64,000 nt of DNA from an uncultured Rikenella sp. Lineage in GTDB: Bacteria > Bacteroidota > Bacteroidia > Bacteroidales > VadinHA17. A program made the position numbers and the translations under genes. The stretch spans positions 18,548 through 82,547 of the forward strand of contig CAZAVK010000006.1 in NCBI GenBank assembly GCA_964488645.1. Direction: 5' to 3'. Position 1 is the stretch's first letter, and each line of letters begins with the position of its first letter. The notes beneath the pieces are model-generated. The model searched no databases, was not told the DNA's origin, and saw only the letters and a program-made list of their open reading frames with translations. Shown one piece after another: positions 47,148-57,451 of this stretch.

Positions 47148-49145
47148 TTACCTGTTGCGGTAGGCCTCCACCCCTCTGTCAAGCCAGTCGTTGTATGCCG
47201 CAATATCGAAGTTAGTGCCGCGGGTCTCCACCAGCGGCTTGCCGGAGGGGTCAACAATGGCGTAGAGCGGCAGCGAGTTGGTATTGAACATTGAGATCTC
47301 GATATCCTCGTTCTTTTTCCCCATGGTCTTCTTCTCCTTGCCATCAACCTTCGAGACGTAAACCTCCTCAGAAGGCAGCTTTGTGCGGTCATCCACATAG
47401 AGGGCCACCAGCACGAAGTTCTCCCTCAGACGCTGCTGCACCCCCGGGTCAGACCAGACGCGTGCATCCATCTCCTTGCAGTTGGCACAGGCATGCCCCT
47501 TGAAATCGATCAGTACCGGCTTGTCAAGCTCACGCGCACAGGCAAGTCCCTGTTCAAGGTCAAAATAGCCCTGCAGACCGTAGTCGAAGTGCAGAAAGTC
47601 GGCATACTTCGGCTCCTCACACAGGGCCTGTCCCTCTGCCGGCACTCCGGTAACCATGACAACACCCCGGTTGTCACTGATAGCCTTTAGCAGGTTAAAG
47701 CCCGAGGTCTCACGCGGGGGCAGCAGTGCCGAGATGCGGGTGAGAGGCGCTCCGAAGAGGCCCGGCACAAGGTAGAGGGCAAATGTGAAGGTGGCGATGA
47801 TGAGCACCAGCCTGAAGACACCGATATGCGGGACATCACTGTCATTGGCGAATTTGATCCTGCCCATCAGGTAGATGCCCAGCAGCACGAAGAGAACGAT
47901 CCAGATTGCAAGGTAGACATCCCTTGAGAGTATGCCCAGGTTATATACCGTATCTATGGTCGAAGCAAACTTAAGACTGAATGCCAGCATGATAAAGCCA
48001 AGCACCACCTTTACCGAGTTGAGCCATCCACCCGACTTGGGCATCTTCTCCATCCATGAGGGGAAGAGTGCAAAGAGGGTGAACGGGAGGGCAAAGGCGA
48101 GGCCGAAACCGAACATTCCGATGGTGGGACGAAGCACATCGCCCGAGGCAGCCTCTACAAGCAGGGCACCCACAATGGGGCCGGTGCATGAGAAGGAGAC
48201 CAGTACGGTGGTCAGGCCAAGGAAGAAGGCTGCCAGCGCACCCCCTTTGTCAACCTTCGAGTCAGATGAGCTGACCCACTTCGAAGGAAGTACTATCTCA
48301 AATGCCCCCAGGAACGAGGCGGCAAAGATGAGGAAGAGGGTAAAAAAGAGCAGGTTGGGTATCCAGTGGGTGCTGAGTGTATTGGCAAAACCGGCACCGG
48401 CACTGGTGAGTGATACGATGATGCCCAGAGATGAGTAGAGCAGTATGATCGACAATCCGAAGATGAATGCCTGCCCGATTGCGGAGCCCTTCTTGCGCGA
48501 TCCCTGCGAGAAGAAGGCCACGGTCATAGGTATCATCGGGAAGACACAAGGGGTGAGTATGCCGGCAAACCCCGCCAGCATCGAGAGCAGGAAGAACTTC
48601 AGGAAGCCCTTCTTCTCCTTCCCGGCAGGCATGGAGGCAACCCCCTCCTGCCCTGAGCTCTTGCCTGCTGCAGTCACCTGCGAACCTTCACCCAGGGTGA
48701 TACTGAACTCAGCGTCACGCGGAGGCAGACACTGCGAGTCGTCACATGACATGAAAGTCACATAACCGCTGACAGTGACCGGCAACCTGATGACAGTGAT
48801 CCTCTGCCTGAACTCCGCAATACCGCTGTGCATACCGATGTCCATCCCGAAGCTGTTGTCATATTTGACCTCGGGGGCTGTGACGGCTACAGTCTCTCCC
48901 TCAAGGGTGTAGCCTTCAGGATTGTCAAAGGTGAAGCTGGTGGCTATGGGGCCGCCCTCAGGAAGATCCATGGCATAAAGATGCCAGGTCTCATCGATCT
49001 CGGCAGTCATGACAATATCATAACTGTTGTCGGACACCTTGACACTTTTGAAGCTCCATGATACCGGCTCAAGTACCTGGCCGAGAGCCAGCGCCCCGGT
49101 CACGAAAAGCATCGCTGCAACTGTCAGTAACTTTCTGTTTATCAT
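47148..49145 (-). CDS. dsbD: Thiol:disulfide interchange protein DsbD-like
   Basis: N-terminal WHLYA...CDDSQCLPP; TM region TPCVFPMIP and SCTGP; thioredoxin CANC. Confidence 0.92.
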   Translation of the reverse strand: MINRKLLTVAAMLFVTGALALGQVLEPVSWSFKSVKVSDNSYDIVMTAEIDETWHLYAMDLPEGGPIATSFTFDNPEGYTLEGETVAVTAPEVKYDNSFGMDIGMHSGIAEFRQRITVIRLPVTVSGYVTFMSCDDSQCLPPRDAEFSITLGEGSQVTAAGKSSGQEGVASMPAGKEKKGFLKFFLLSMLAGFAGILTPCVFPMIPMTVAFFSQGSRKKGSAIGQAFIFGLSIILLYSSLGIIVSLTSAGAGFANTLSTHWIPNLLFFTLFLIFAASFLGAFEIVLPSKWVSSSDSKVDKGGALAAFFLGLTTVLVSFSCTGPIVGALLVEAASGDVLRPTIGMFGFGLAFALPFTLFALFPSWMEKMPKSGGWLNSVKVVLGFIMLAFSLKFASTIDTVYNLGILSRDVYLAIWIVLFVLLGIYLMGRIKFANDSDVPHIGVFRLVLIIATFTFALYLVPGLFGAPLTRISALLPPRETSGFNLLKAISDNRGVVMVTGVPAEGQALCEEPKYADFLHFDYGLQGYFDLEQGLACARELDKPVLIDFKGHACANCKEMDARVWSDPGVQQRLRENFVLVALYVDDRTKLPSEEVYVSKVDGKEKKTMGKKNEDIEISMFNTNSLPLYAIVDPSGKPLVETRGTNFDIAAYNDWLDRGVEAYRNR

Positions 49146-49423
49146 GTTTACAATCTTTTCAGCCCACAAAAATAGTGATTTATGTTAAAGTCAGGTACCA
49201 CCAGATATTATCGCCTGACTCTCTCAGGAATAACAAATGGTCTCTGATAAAGTTATCCCGCGCCCCCGGGCGCGATACATCGGAAATGAAGGGTGCCTGC
49301 TGCTTCCCATGGAAGAAATGGGCCGGGAAAATTCCTGACAAAGCGGCAAGGAGAACGACAGTTCGCGGTTAACTGCAGGGATTATGCCGGTGAAACGGAT
49401 TCCCATTCAGCAGGCAAAATAAT

Positions 49424-49455
49424 TTTGTTATTATAATAATTATTCCTTATCTTTG
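49424..49455 (+). promoter_or_regulatory. Bacteroidota promoter (TTTG-N20-TAnnTTTG) with an embedded Per/Fur-type box
   Basis: tttg at 49424-49427 and tatctttg at 49448-49455; ttataataattattc at 49431-49445 matches TTATAATnATTATAA at 12 of 14 fixed positions. Confidence 0.75.
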
Positions 49456-49486
49456 TTGAGTCTTTTATAAGAATTATTCCTATCTG

Positions 49487-49927
49487 ATGAAAAGTGAAGA
49501 TTACAGGGCAAGGCTGAAGGAGAAGGGACTGAGGATCACGCCTCAGCGGCTGGCGGTATTCGAGGCTGTAGACAAGCTTCAGGATCATCCCACGGCCGAT
49601 GAGGTGAGCCAGTTTATCAGGAAAAAATATCCTGACATCGCCCTGGGGACTGTTTACAGGACCCTTGAAACACTCTCCGAGAAGTCGATACTGAGACGGG
49701 TGAAGACCGACAGCGGGCTGCTCAGGTATGATGCCGTTCATGACGATCACCATCATATTTATTGCAGCAATTGTGACCGTATTGAAGATTACTATGACGG
49801 TGAGCTGACAGCGATGCTTAATGACTATTTCAGGAAAAAGAGCATCCCCGATTTCATTATCGAGGATATCAAGCTTCAGATAGTAGGCAGGTTTACTGAC
49901 AAAAGGGAGTCGGTCAGGAAGAAATGA
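49487..49927 (+). CDS. perR: Fur-family peroxide regulator PerR-like
   Basis: TPQRL, HPTADE, GTVYRTL, HHHIYCSNC; adjacent to a peroxiredoxin. Confidence 0.85.
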   Translation: MKSEDYRARLKEKGLRITPQRLAVFEAVDKLQDHPTADEVSQFIRKKYPDIALGTVYRTLETLSEKSILRRVKTDSGLLRYDAVHDDHHHIYCSNCDRIEDYYDGELTAMLNDYFRKKSIPDFIIEDIKLQIVGRFTDKRESVRKK

Positions 49928-50060
49928 GAGACGTTTTCAATGCCGGGAGAGAGGGTCTCCCAACTGTAGAGGGGAGGGAAGGTCTGGAAGAAATGAGAAC
50001 CATCTTCAAGGCGGGGAGGGAGGGTCTCCCACCTGGCAAGGAGAGGGAAGGTCAGGAAGA
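49912..50060. repeat. 69-bp tandem repeat (2 copies plus a partial) starting at the perR 3' end
   Basis: ggtc(a/t)ggaaga at 49912, 49981 and 50050; gagggtctccca in both full units. Confidence 0.9.
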
Positions 50061-50181
50061 CGAGCTTGATCATGAAGAGGTGCCGGTTCTCCTCATTAAG
50101 GAATCTGACCTGGTGGCAGAGGACCGGAAACATATAAACGAAGAATCATAACTCATTATTAACAACTTAAAAATCAATAAC

Positions 50182-50886
50182 ATGGAAGAAACAACAATTT
50201 CAATGCCCCGCATCGGCGACAAGGCACCTGAATTCAAGGCTGTAACCACCCAGGGTGAGATCAATTTCCCGCATGATTACAAGGGAAGCTGGGTCATACT
50301 CTTCAGCCATCCGGCCGACTTTACCCCGGTATGTACCTCTGAGTTCATGACCTTCGCAGCCATGGAGGAGAAGTTCGCAAAGGTGAACACCAGGCTGGTA
50401 GGGCTTTCTGTTGACGGCCTCTACAGCCATATCGCATGGCTGCGCACCATCAGGGAGAAGATTGAGTACAAGGGAATGAAGAACATAGAGGTTAAGTTCC
50501 CCCTCATTGAAGACATCACCATGGAGGTTGCAACCAAGTATGGCATGATGATGCCGGGTGAGAGCAGCACCAAGGCTGTCAGGGCCGTCTTCTTCATTGA
50601 CCCGAAGGGAATCATCCGTACCATCATTTACTACCCGCTCAGCCTGGGCCGCAACTTCGAGGAGATTTACCGCGTTGTGGTAGGCCTGCAGACGGCTGAT
50701 GCCTTTTCTGTGGCACTGCCGGCCGACTGGCAGCCGGGTGATGATGTGATCGTTCCCACAGCCGGTTCATGCGGCGTTGCCCAGCAGCGTATGGAGAGCA
50801 AGGGCGAGATGACCTGCTATGACTGGTTCTTCTGTACCAAAAAGCTTGACAAGCAGACGGTGCTTGACAAGGTGGTGAAGAAGTAA
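50182..50886 (+). CDS. Peroxiredoxin (Prx6 class)
   Basis: FSHPADFTPVCTSEF, GRNFEE, PADWQPG and CYDWFFC. Confidence 0.95.
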   Translation: MEETTISMPRIGDKAPEFKAVTTQGEINFPHDYKGSWVILFSHPADFTPVCTSEFMTFAAMEEKFAKVNTRLVGLSVDGLYSHIAWLRTIREKIEYKGMKNIEVKFPLIEDITMEVATKYGMMMPGESSTKAVRAVFFIDPKGIIRTIIYYPLSLGRNFEEIYRVVVGLQTADAFSVALPADWQPGDDVIVPTAGSCGVAQQRMESKGEMTCYDWFFCTKKLDKQTVLDKVVKK

Positions 50887-50915
50887 TCACCCTGATCAGT
50901 ATGCAAGACAAAGGA

Positions 50916-50945
50916 AAGGTGCCCCGGGCCGGGGCATCTTTTTTT
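50916..50945 (+). terminator. Intrinsic terminator
   Basis: aaggtgcccc-gggcc-ggggcatctt followed by a T run. Confidence 0.8.
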
Positions 50946-51044
50946 CTTCCCGCCACGCAGGGTGCGGTTAATCCGGATCCTCCACTGTGATCCGTCTGAC
51001 AGGTGAACAGTCTGGCAGGCGCTCGGCAGGGCATGCCGGTCTGG

Positions 51045-52655
51045 CTACCGGTTGATCATCTGGTAGAGGTCATTGCCCTTGTCATCGGTCAGTATGAATG
51101 CAGGCATGTTCTTCACCACTATCTTGCGTACCGCCTCCATTCCCAGCTCCTCAAAATCGACCACCTCAACCGATAGTATATTCTCTTCGGCCAGTATGGC
51201 TGCCGGGCCGCCTACCGAGCCCAGGTAGAATCCGCCATACTTCCGGCAGGCATCCACCACCTGTTGTGAGCGGTTACCCTTGGCCAGCATGATCAGTGAT
51301 CCGCCAAGGCTCTGGAAGAGGTCAACATAGCTATCCATCCGCCCGGCGGTGGTGGGGCCGAATGAGCCTGAGGCCATCCCCGCAGGAGTCTTTGCCGGGC
51401 CGGCATAGTAGATCGGGTGATTTTTGAAATAGTCCGGCATGGGTTTACCTTCATCAAGCATCTGCTTAATGCGGGCATGGGCTATATCGCGGGCCACTAT
51501 GAGCGTTCCGTTCAGGTTGAGCCGTGTCTTTACGGGGTACTTTGAAAGCTCTGCCAGGATCTCTTTCATCGGCCGCTCCAGGTTGATCTCCACCGGCTTG
51601 TCCAGCTCGGGCGCCCTGGCGGGCATGAATCGGCCGGGGTTGGTCTCCAGCTGCTCGATAAACACTCCCTCATGGGTTATCCTGCCCTTGATGTTACGGT
51701 CAGCACTGCAGCTGACACCTATACCCACCGGGCATGAGGCGGCATGGCGCGGCAGCCGGATGACCCTGACGTCATGCACGAAGTATTTTCCGCCGAACTG
51801 GGCCCCCATACCATACTCCCGGCAGATCTCCGTCACCCTTCTCTCCCACTCCAGGTCACGGAAGGCGCTGCCGGCAGCGTTACCGGTGACGGGAAGGTCA
51901 TCAAGGTAGCCGGCCGAGGCCAGCTTGACAGTCTTAAGGGTCATCTCCGCCGAGGTGCCGCCTATCACGATTGCCAGATGATACGGAGGACAGGCAGCCG
52001 TACCAATATCTCCGATCTTTTCGCGGATAAATTTACCGAGGGAGGCCTCATTGAGAAGGCTCTTTGACTGCTGGTAGAGGAATGACTTGTTTGCGGAGCC
52101 TCCCCCCTTGGCGATAAAGAGAAAGCGGTACTCACCACCCTGACATGATGAAATCTCGATCTGTGCAGGCAGGTTGGTCCCGGAGTTCTTCTCCTCAAAC
52201 ATCGTACGAGGGATAATCTGAGAGTAGCGCAGGTTCTTCTCGCCATAGGTCTCCCAGATGCCCCGGCTAAGATGAAGCGCATCATCACTGCCGGTATACA
52301 CATCTTCGCCCTTCCATCCCATGACAATAGCGGTGCCGGTATCCTGGCACCAGGGCAGCTTCCCCTCAGCAGATATAACCGAGTTGCGGAGCATCACCCA
52401 CGAAACGAACCTGTCATTGTCAGAGGCTTCCGGGTCATCAAGGATCATCCTGAGCTGTCTGAGATGTGAAGTGCGCAGGTAGAAGTTCACATCATCAAAC
52501 GCCTGCCTGGCCAGCAGCGTAAGCGCCTCAGGCCTGACATTCAATATTTGCCTTCCGCAACATTCTGATACACTGACATGCTCAGAGGTGATCAGCCGAT
52601 AGGTGGTCTCATCCTTTCCGTGAAGGAAAGGCTTCTCATAGACGAATTCTCCCAT
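51045..52655 (-). CDS. fumA: Fumarate hydratase class I (Fe-S)
   Basis: [29 protein letters not shown] and DDKGND. Confidence 0.95.
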   Translation of the reverse strand: MGEFVYEKPFLHGKDETTYRLITSEHVSVSECCGRQILNVRPEALTLLARQAFDDVNFYLRTSHLRQLRMILDDPEASDNDRFVSWVMLRNSVISAEGKLPWCQDTGTAIVMGWKGEDVYTGSDDALHLSRGIWETYGEKNLRYSQIIPRTMFEEKNSGTNLPAQIEISSCQGGEYRFLFIAKGGGSANKSFLYQQSKSLLNEASLGKFIREKIGDIGTAACPPYHLAIVIGGTSAEMTLKTVKLASAGYLDDLPVTGNAAGSAFRDLEWERRVTEICREYGMGAQFGGKYFVHDVRVIRLPRHAASCPVGIGVSCSADRNIKGRITHEGVFIEQLETNPGRFMPARAPELDKPVEINLERPMKEILAELSKYPVKTRLNLNGTLIVARDIAHARIKQMLDEGKPMPDYFKNHPIYYAGPAKTPAGMASGSFGPTTAGRMDSYVDLFQSLGGSLIMLAKGNRSQQVVDACRKYGGFYLGSVGGPAAILAEENILSVEVVDFEELGMEAVRKIVVKNMPAFILTDDKGNDLYQMINR

Positions 52656-52795
52656 GACAATACAGCATTAAGGTGGTTATCGTATCAAACTTAAGCAAAT
52701 TCAGGTGATTTTATGATGCAAAATGTCAGCGGAATTGAGCTCTTTTCACAAGAGGCGGAAGGGGAAAATCAATATTGACCGATTAGGCTGCAGGC

Positions 52796-52809
52796 CGAAA
52801 ACGTTTGAA
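52796..52809. promoter_or_regulatory. Candidate LacI-type operator upstream of the maltose operon
   Basis: Palindromic core aaacgttt with a central CG, as in LacI/GalR sites. Confidence 0.4.
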
Positions 52810-52937
52810 ATAACATGACGAGCGCAAATGCCTGAAAAATCAGCACTTAGAGATCACGAGATGGCATCTCCGAACATTATTTTAACTATTTTTGGATGAG
52901 TTTCAGCAAAAGGACAATAATATCAATTTCAACTACA

Positions 52938-54482
52938 ATGGATGTGACTTACAGTCGTAAGCCGAAGCTGTCACGCTGGCAGATATGGAACATGAGTTTC
53001 GGCTTCCTGGGAATACAGGTGGGCTTTGCACTTCAGAACGGCAACGTTAGTCGTATATTCCAGACCCTCGGGGCTGAGATAGACAATATCCCCATACTCT
53101 GGATTGCCGCGCCGATTACCGGTCTGCTGGTGCAGCCTATTGTCGGGCACATGAGTGACCGTACCTGGGGCCGCCTGGGCCGCCGGCGTCCCTTTTTCCT
53201 GACCGGGGCTATCCTCGCCTCGCTGGCGCTGGCCATCATCACCAACTCGCCTTCGTGGATCTTTGCCACCATGATGCTATGGATCATGGATGCCTCCATA
53301 AATATCACCATGGAGCCCTTCAGGGCATTCGTGGGAGACATGTTGCCATCAGAGCAGCGCACCACAGGTTTCGCGATGCAGACATTCTTCATCGGGATAG
53401 GTGCAGTTATCGGCAGCTTCCTGCCATGGGCCCTTGCCAACTGGTTCGGTGTGGCCGAGGTGCCTGCCGAGGGGAAGCTGATACCCTTCAACCTGAAGCT
53501 ATCATTCTATATAGGCGCCGCACTCTTCCTGGGGGCAGTGCTATGGACCATCATACGCACTAAAGAGTACTCTCCGGAAGAGCTCGCCGGCTTCGAGAAA
53601 GCAGAAAAGGCCTCGCGCGGGGTGGCCACCGGGAGAGAGAGTGACACGGCCGGCCTGCGGACAGACAGTTCCGGGATCAACTTCTACCGCAGCGGTATCA
53701 TCTGGCTGGCGGCCGGACTGCTGCTCACCCTCCTCCTCTCACGGGCGCACCTCGAGAAGGAGCTATACGTCGTAACCGGCGGCATATCTCTTTTCGGCCT
53801 GCTGCAGATCATTGCAGGCATGCTCAGGTCACAAGGCAGGGGCGACAACGGGCTCAACAGCATCATGACCGACCTGAGGCTGATGCCCGCCACCATGAAA
53901 CAGCTGGCGGTGGTACAGTTCTTTACCTGGTTCGCACTCTTCTCACTATGGATCTACACCACCTCGGCCGTCACATCAAAGATTTACGGCACCACTGATA
54001 CCTCCTCGCTTGCATATAACCAGGGAGCCAACTGGGTGGGCGTACTCTTCGGCATATACAACGGTTTCGCGGCAATGGTAGCCTTCCTGCTTCCGGTGCT
54101 GGCCAGGGCCACCTCGCGAAAGCTGACCCATGCCATCTGCCTGCTGGCAGGAGGAGTGAGCCTCATGTCAATAGGAGTGGTCAATTCTCCCGCGATGCTC
54201 ATAGTGCCAATGCTGGGCATAGGGCTGGCATGGGCCAGCATACTGACAATGCCCTATGCCATCCTGACCGGCTCACTGCCGCACAACAAGATGGGAGTAT
54301 ACATGGGTATCTTCAACTTTTTCATCGTAATACCCCAGATACTGGCGGCAAGCATTCTGGGGAGCATGGTAAAGCATCTCTTCACGGGTAATACCATGCT
54401 GGCACTGGTCTCGGGCGGAATCTCCATGATCATTGCCGCAGCGGCGATGAGTTTTGTTAACGACGTGGACTTCAGGAAGTGA
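52938..54482 (+). CDS. MFS maltose/sucrose-type transporter
   Basis: WNMSFGFLGIQ, VQPIVGHMSDRT..RLGRRRPF, EPFRAFVGD and GVYMGIFNFFIVIPQ. Confidence 0.9.
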   Translation: MDVTYSRKPKLSRWQIWNMSFGFLGIQVGFALQNGNVSRIFQTLGAEIDNIPILWIAAPITGLLVQPIVGHMSDRTWGRLGRRRPFFLTGAILASLALAIITNSPSWIFATMMLWIMDASINITMEPFRAFVGDMLPSEQRTTGFAMQTFFIGIGAVIGSFLPWALANWFGVAEVPAEGKLIPFNLKLSFYIGAALFLGAVLWTIIRTKEYSPEELAGFEKAEKASRGVATGRESDTAGLRTDSSGINFYRSGIIWLAAGLLLTLLLSRAHLEKELYVVTGGISLFGLLQIIAGMLRSQGRGDNGLNSIMTDLRLMPATMKQLAVVQFFTWFALFSLWIYTTSAVTSKIYGTTDTSSLAYNQGANWVGVLFGIYNGFAAMVAFLLPVLARATSRKLTHAICLLAGGVSLMSIGVVNSPAMLIVPMLGIGLAWASILTMPYAILTGSLPHNKMGVYMGIFNFFIVIPQILAASILGSMVKHLFTGNTMLALVSGGISMIIAAAAMSFVNDVDFRK

Positions 54483-54483
54483 G

Positions 54484-55146
54484 ATGGCGCTGAGAGGATG
54501 CATCTTTGACCTTGACGGTGTCATTGTCGACACCGCCAGCTATCACTTCATGGCATGGAGGAGGCTGGCAAAAGAGCTGGGGTTCGAGTTTACCCTCGAA
54601 GACAATGAGGCACTCAAGGGGGTGAGCCGAATGGCATCGCTGGAGATACTGCTTGAAAAGGGAGGGATAGCGGTAAGCGATGAGGAGAAGGAGATACTGG
54701 CAGCACGCAAGAACGGGTGGTATGTAGAGTTCATCAGCGGAATGAAGCCCGATGAGATCCTGCCGGGCAGCATCAGGCTGCTGAAGGCGCTGAGAAGGGC
54801 TGGTATACTGACAGCCATCGGCTCGGCCAGCAAAAATGCCCGTACAATCATTGACACTACAGGCCTCGCCGGCATGTTTGACGTCATCGTTGACGGAGCG
54901 ATGGTTACCAGGGCCAAGCCCGACCCGGAAGTATTCCTCAAAGGGGCCGAAGGGATGAAACTGCTGCCATCGGAATGCGTGGTGTTCGAGGATGCCATTG
55001 CAGGCATAGAGGCAGCCATGGCTGCCGGAATGAAATGTGTCGGGGTGGGCGATCCCTCCATACTGGGGAAGGCTGACATGGTTATACCCGACCTGAGGAA
55101 AATCAAAGTGAGTGATCTGAAAAAACTGATTGAGAGATATGAGTGA
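54484..55146 (+). CDS. pgmB: Beta-phosphoglucomutase (HAD)
   Basis: FDLDGVIVDT, KGVSR, KPDPE and FEDA. Confidence 0.95.
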   Translation: MALRGCIFDLDGVIVDTASYHFMAWRRLAKELGFEFTLEDNEALKGVSRMASLEILLEKGGIAVSDEEKEILAARKNGWYVEFISGMKPDEILPGSIRLLKALRRAGILTAIGSASKNARTIIDTTGLAGMFDVIVDGAMVTRAKPDPEVFLKGAEGMKLLPSECVVFEDAIAGIEAAMAAGMKCVGVGDPSILGKADMVIPDLRKIKVSDLKKLIERYE

Positions 55147-57451
55147 TACCCGTTTTCAGCCTGATGAGTGGAAGATCATCGAGACCAGGTTTGATCCGGT
55201 GTGCGGGCGTGACTCAGAGAGTATATTCTCCCTGGGTAACGGCATGATGGGGCAAAGGGCCAATTTCGAGGAGACCTATTCAGGTGACACCCTGCGGGGC
55301 AACTATGTTGCAGGTATTTACTATCCTGACCGCACCGTGGTGGGGTGGTGGAAGATAGGGTACCCGGAATATTTCGCCAAGGTGCTGAATGCGCCTTCAT
55401 GGATAGATATATCCGTAAACATTGACGGGGAGGAGCTTGATCTGGCCCAATGCAGTCTCACCGGGTTCAGGCGTGAGCTCGACATGAGGTGCGGCCTGCT
55501 GACACGCACCTTTACCGCCGTGATGCCCTCAGGGCCCGCCGTCACGGTCACTGCCAGGCGCTTTCTATCGATGGCTGAGCCGGAGCTGGCAGCCATCAGC
55601 TATTCGGTACGCATCTCCGGCGGCAGCGGCAGGGTGACGCTGCGCTCACGTATCACCGCCGATGTCAGGAACCAGGATGCAAACTACGGCGAAAAGTTCT
55701 GGGAGAATGAGTCGGCAGAACATGATGGCCGCCGTGCGGTGGTGACGGCGCAGACCAGGAAAACCGGCTTTGTGGTCGCTACCGCCATGGAGAACCGTTT
55801 CACTCTGAACGGAGCCACGGTCAGTGATACCGCGACCACCGCCGGAGGGCTGGCGGCAGAGAGCAGCCTCACCACAGCATGGAGTGACGGAGACACCTTC
55901 ACCATCGAAAAGTATGTTGCAGTGCTCTCATCATTCAACCACCCCGTGGAGGGATTGGCCGGCAAGGCGATGGCAGCGGCCGGGCGGGCGGCCGGGAAGG
56001 GTTTTGAGGCTATGCTGGCCGGGCACCGCAGGGCATGGGAGGAGAAGTGGAGCCACGGTGACATAGTGATCAGTGGAGATGTGTCGGCACAGCAGGGGAT
56101 ACGGTTCAACATATTCCACCTCAACCAGACCTATACGGGTGAAGACCCGCGGCTCAACATAGGGCCCAAGGGATTCACCGGTGAGAAGTATGGCGGCAGC
56201 ACCTACTGGGACACCGAAGCCTTCGTGCTGCCATTCTTCCTCAGCACGGCCGATACCATGGTGGCACGCAACCTGCTGCTCTACCGGTACAAGCACCTCG
56301 ACAAGGCCATTGAGAATGCCGGCAGGCTTGGCTTCACCGGCGGGGCAGCCCTCTACCCCATGGTTACCATGAACGGCGAGGAGTGTCACAATGAGTGGGA
56401 GATAACCTTCGAGGAGATACACCGTAACGGCGCCATCGCCTATGCCATCTACAACTATGTAAGGCATACCGGCAACGACGGCTACCTGGCTGACTACGGG
56501 CTGGAGGTGCTGATAGCGCTCTCGCGCTTCTGGACCCAGCGCTGCAACTGGTCGGAGGAGAAGCAGAAATATGTCATCCTGGGGGTAACCGGGCCCAATG
56601 AGTATGAGAACAACGTCAACAACAACTGGTACACCAACAAGATGGCACAGTGGACACTGCGGTATACCCTCAGCACCATTGAATGGCTGCATGGTGTCAG
56701 CCCGGTGAAGTACAATGCGGTGGTTACCCGTACCCGGCTGGCCATACCGGAAGAGACCACCCTATGGGAAGAGATAGCCCGCAGCATATTCCTGCCTGAG
56801 TATGGCAATCCGCCCATCTTTCTGCAGCAGGAAGGGTTCATGGACAAGGTGCAGCAGGTGGCCGGCGACCTCGACCCTGCCGAGAGGCCCCTCAACCAGC
56901 ACTGGTCATGGGACCGTATACTGCGGTCGGTCTTCATCAAGCAGGCTGATGTGCTGCAGGGGATATACTTTTTCGACGATGAGTTTGATGAAGAGACCAT
57001 CAGGCGCAACTTCGACTTCTATGAGCCGCGCTGTGTGCATGAGTCATCCCTCTCCCCCAGCATCCATGCTGTGATCGCCGCACAGCTGCATGACATCGAA
57101 AGAGCCTACACCCTCTACCTGCGTACCGCCAGGCTTGACCTTGACGACTATAACCGTGAGGTGAGGGAGGGGCTGCATATCACCAGCATGGCAGGCACCT
57201 GGCTCGCCATTGTTGAGGGGTTCGGAGGCATGAGGATAAGGGGCGACAGGGTGCTCTTCAACCCGGTGATACCCGCTGCATGGGACTCCTACTCCTTTAT
57301 CATCAGATTTCGTAACAACCCTCTCCGGGTCGGGGTCAGCAGCAGCGGGGTGACCGTGACCAACCTCGCGCAGGCAGAGATACCCGTTGCCGTCTACGGT
57401 GAGCAGGTCACTCTCAGGCCGGGAGGGGAAAAAAGATTCCTGAGAGTATGA
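55139..57451 (+). CDS. GH65 maltose phosphorylase
   Basis: SLGNG, GPKGFTGEKYGG, GPNEYE, KQAD and HESSLS. Confidence 0.93.
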   Translation: MSDTRFQPDEWKIIETRFDPVCGRDSESIFSLGNGMMGQRANFEETYSGDTLRGNYVAGIYYPDRTVVGWWKIGYPEYFAKVLNAPSWIDISVNIDGEELDLAQCSLTGFRRELDMRCGLLTRTFTAVMPSGPAVTVTARRFLSMAEPELAAISYSVRISGGSGRVTLRSRITADVRNQDANYGEKFWENESAEHDGRRAVVTAQTRKTGFVVATAMENRFTLNGATVSDTATTAGGLAAESSLTTAWSDGDTFTIEKYVAVLSSFNHPVEGLAGKAMAAAGRAAGKGFEAMLAGHRRAWEEKWSHGDIVISGDVSAQQGIRFNIFHLNQTYTGEDPRLNIGPKGFTGEKYGGSTYWDTEAFVLPFFLSTADTMVARNLLLYRYKHLDKAIENAGRLGFTGGAALYPMVTMNGEECHNEWEITFEEIHRNGAIAYAIYNYVRHTGNDGYLADYGLEVLIALSRFWTQRCNWSEEKQKYVILGVTGPNEYENNVNNNWYTNKMAQWTLRYTLSTIEWLHGVSPVKYNAVVTRTRLAIPEETTLWEEIARSIFLPEYGNPPIFLQQEGFMDKVQQVAGDLDPAERPLNQHWSWDRILRSVFIKQADVLQGIYFFDDEFDEETIRRNFDFYEPRCVHESSLSPSIHAVIAAQLHDIERAYTLYLRTARLDLDDYNREVREGLHITSMAGTWLAIVEGFGGMRIRGDRVLFNPVIPAAWDSYSFIIRFRNNPLRVGVSSSGVTVTNLAQAEIPVAVYGEQVTLRPGGEKRFLRV

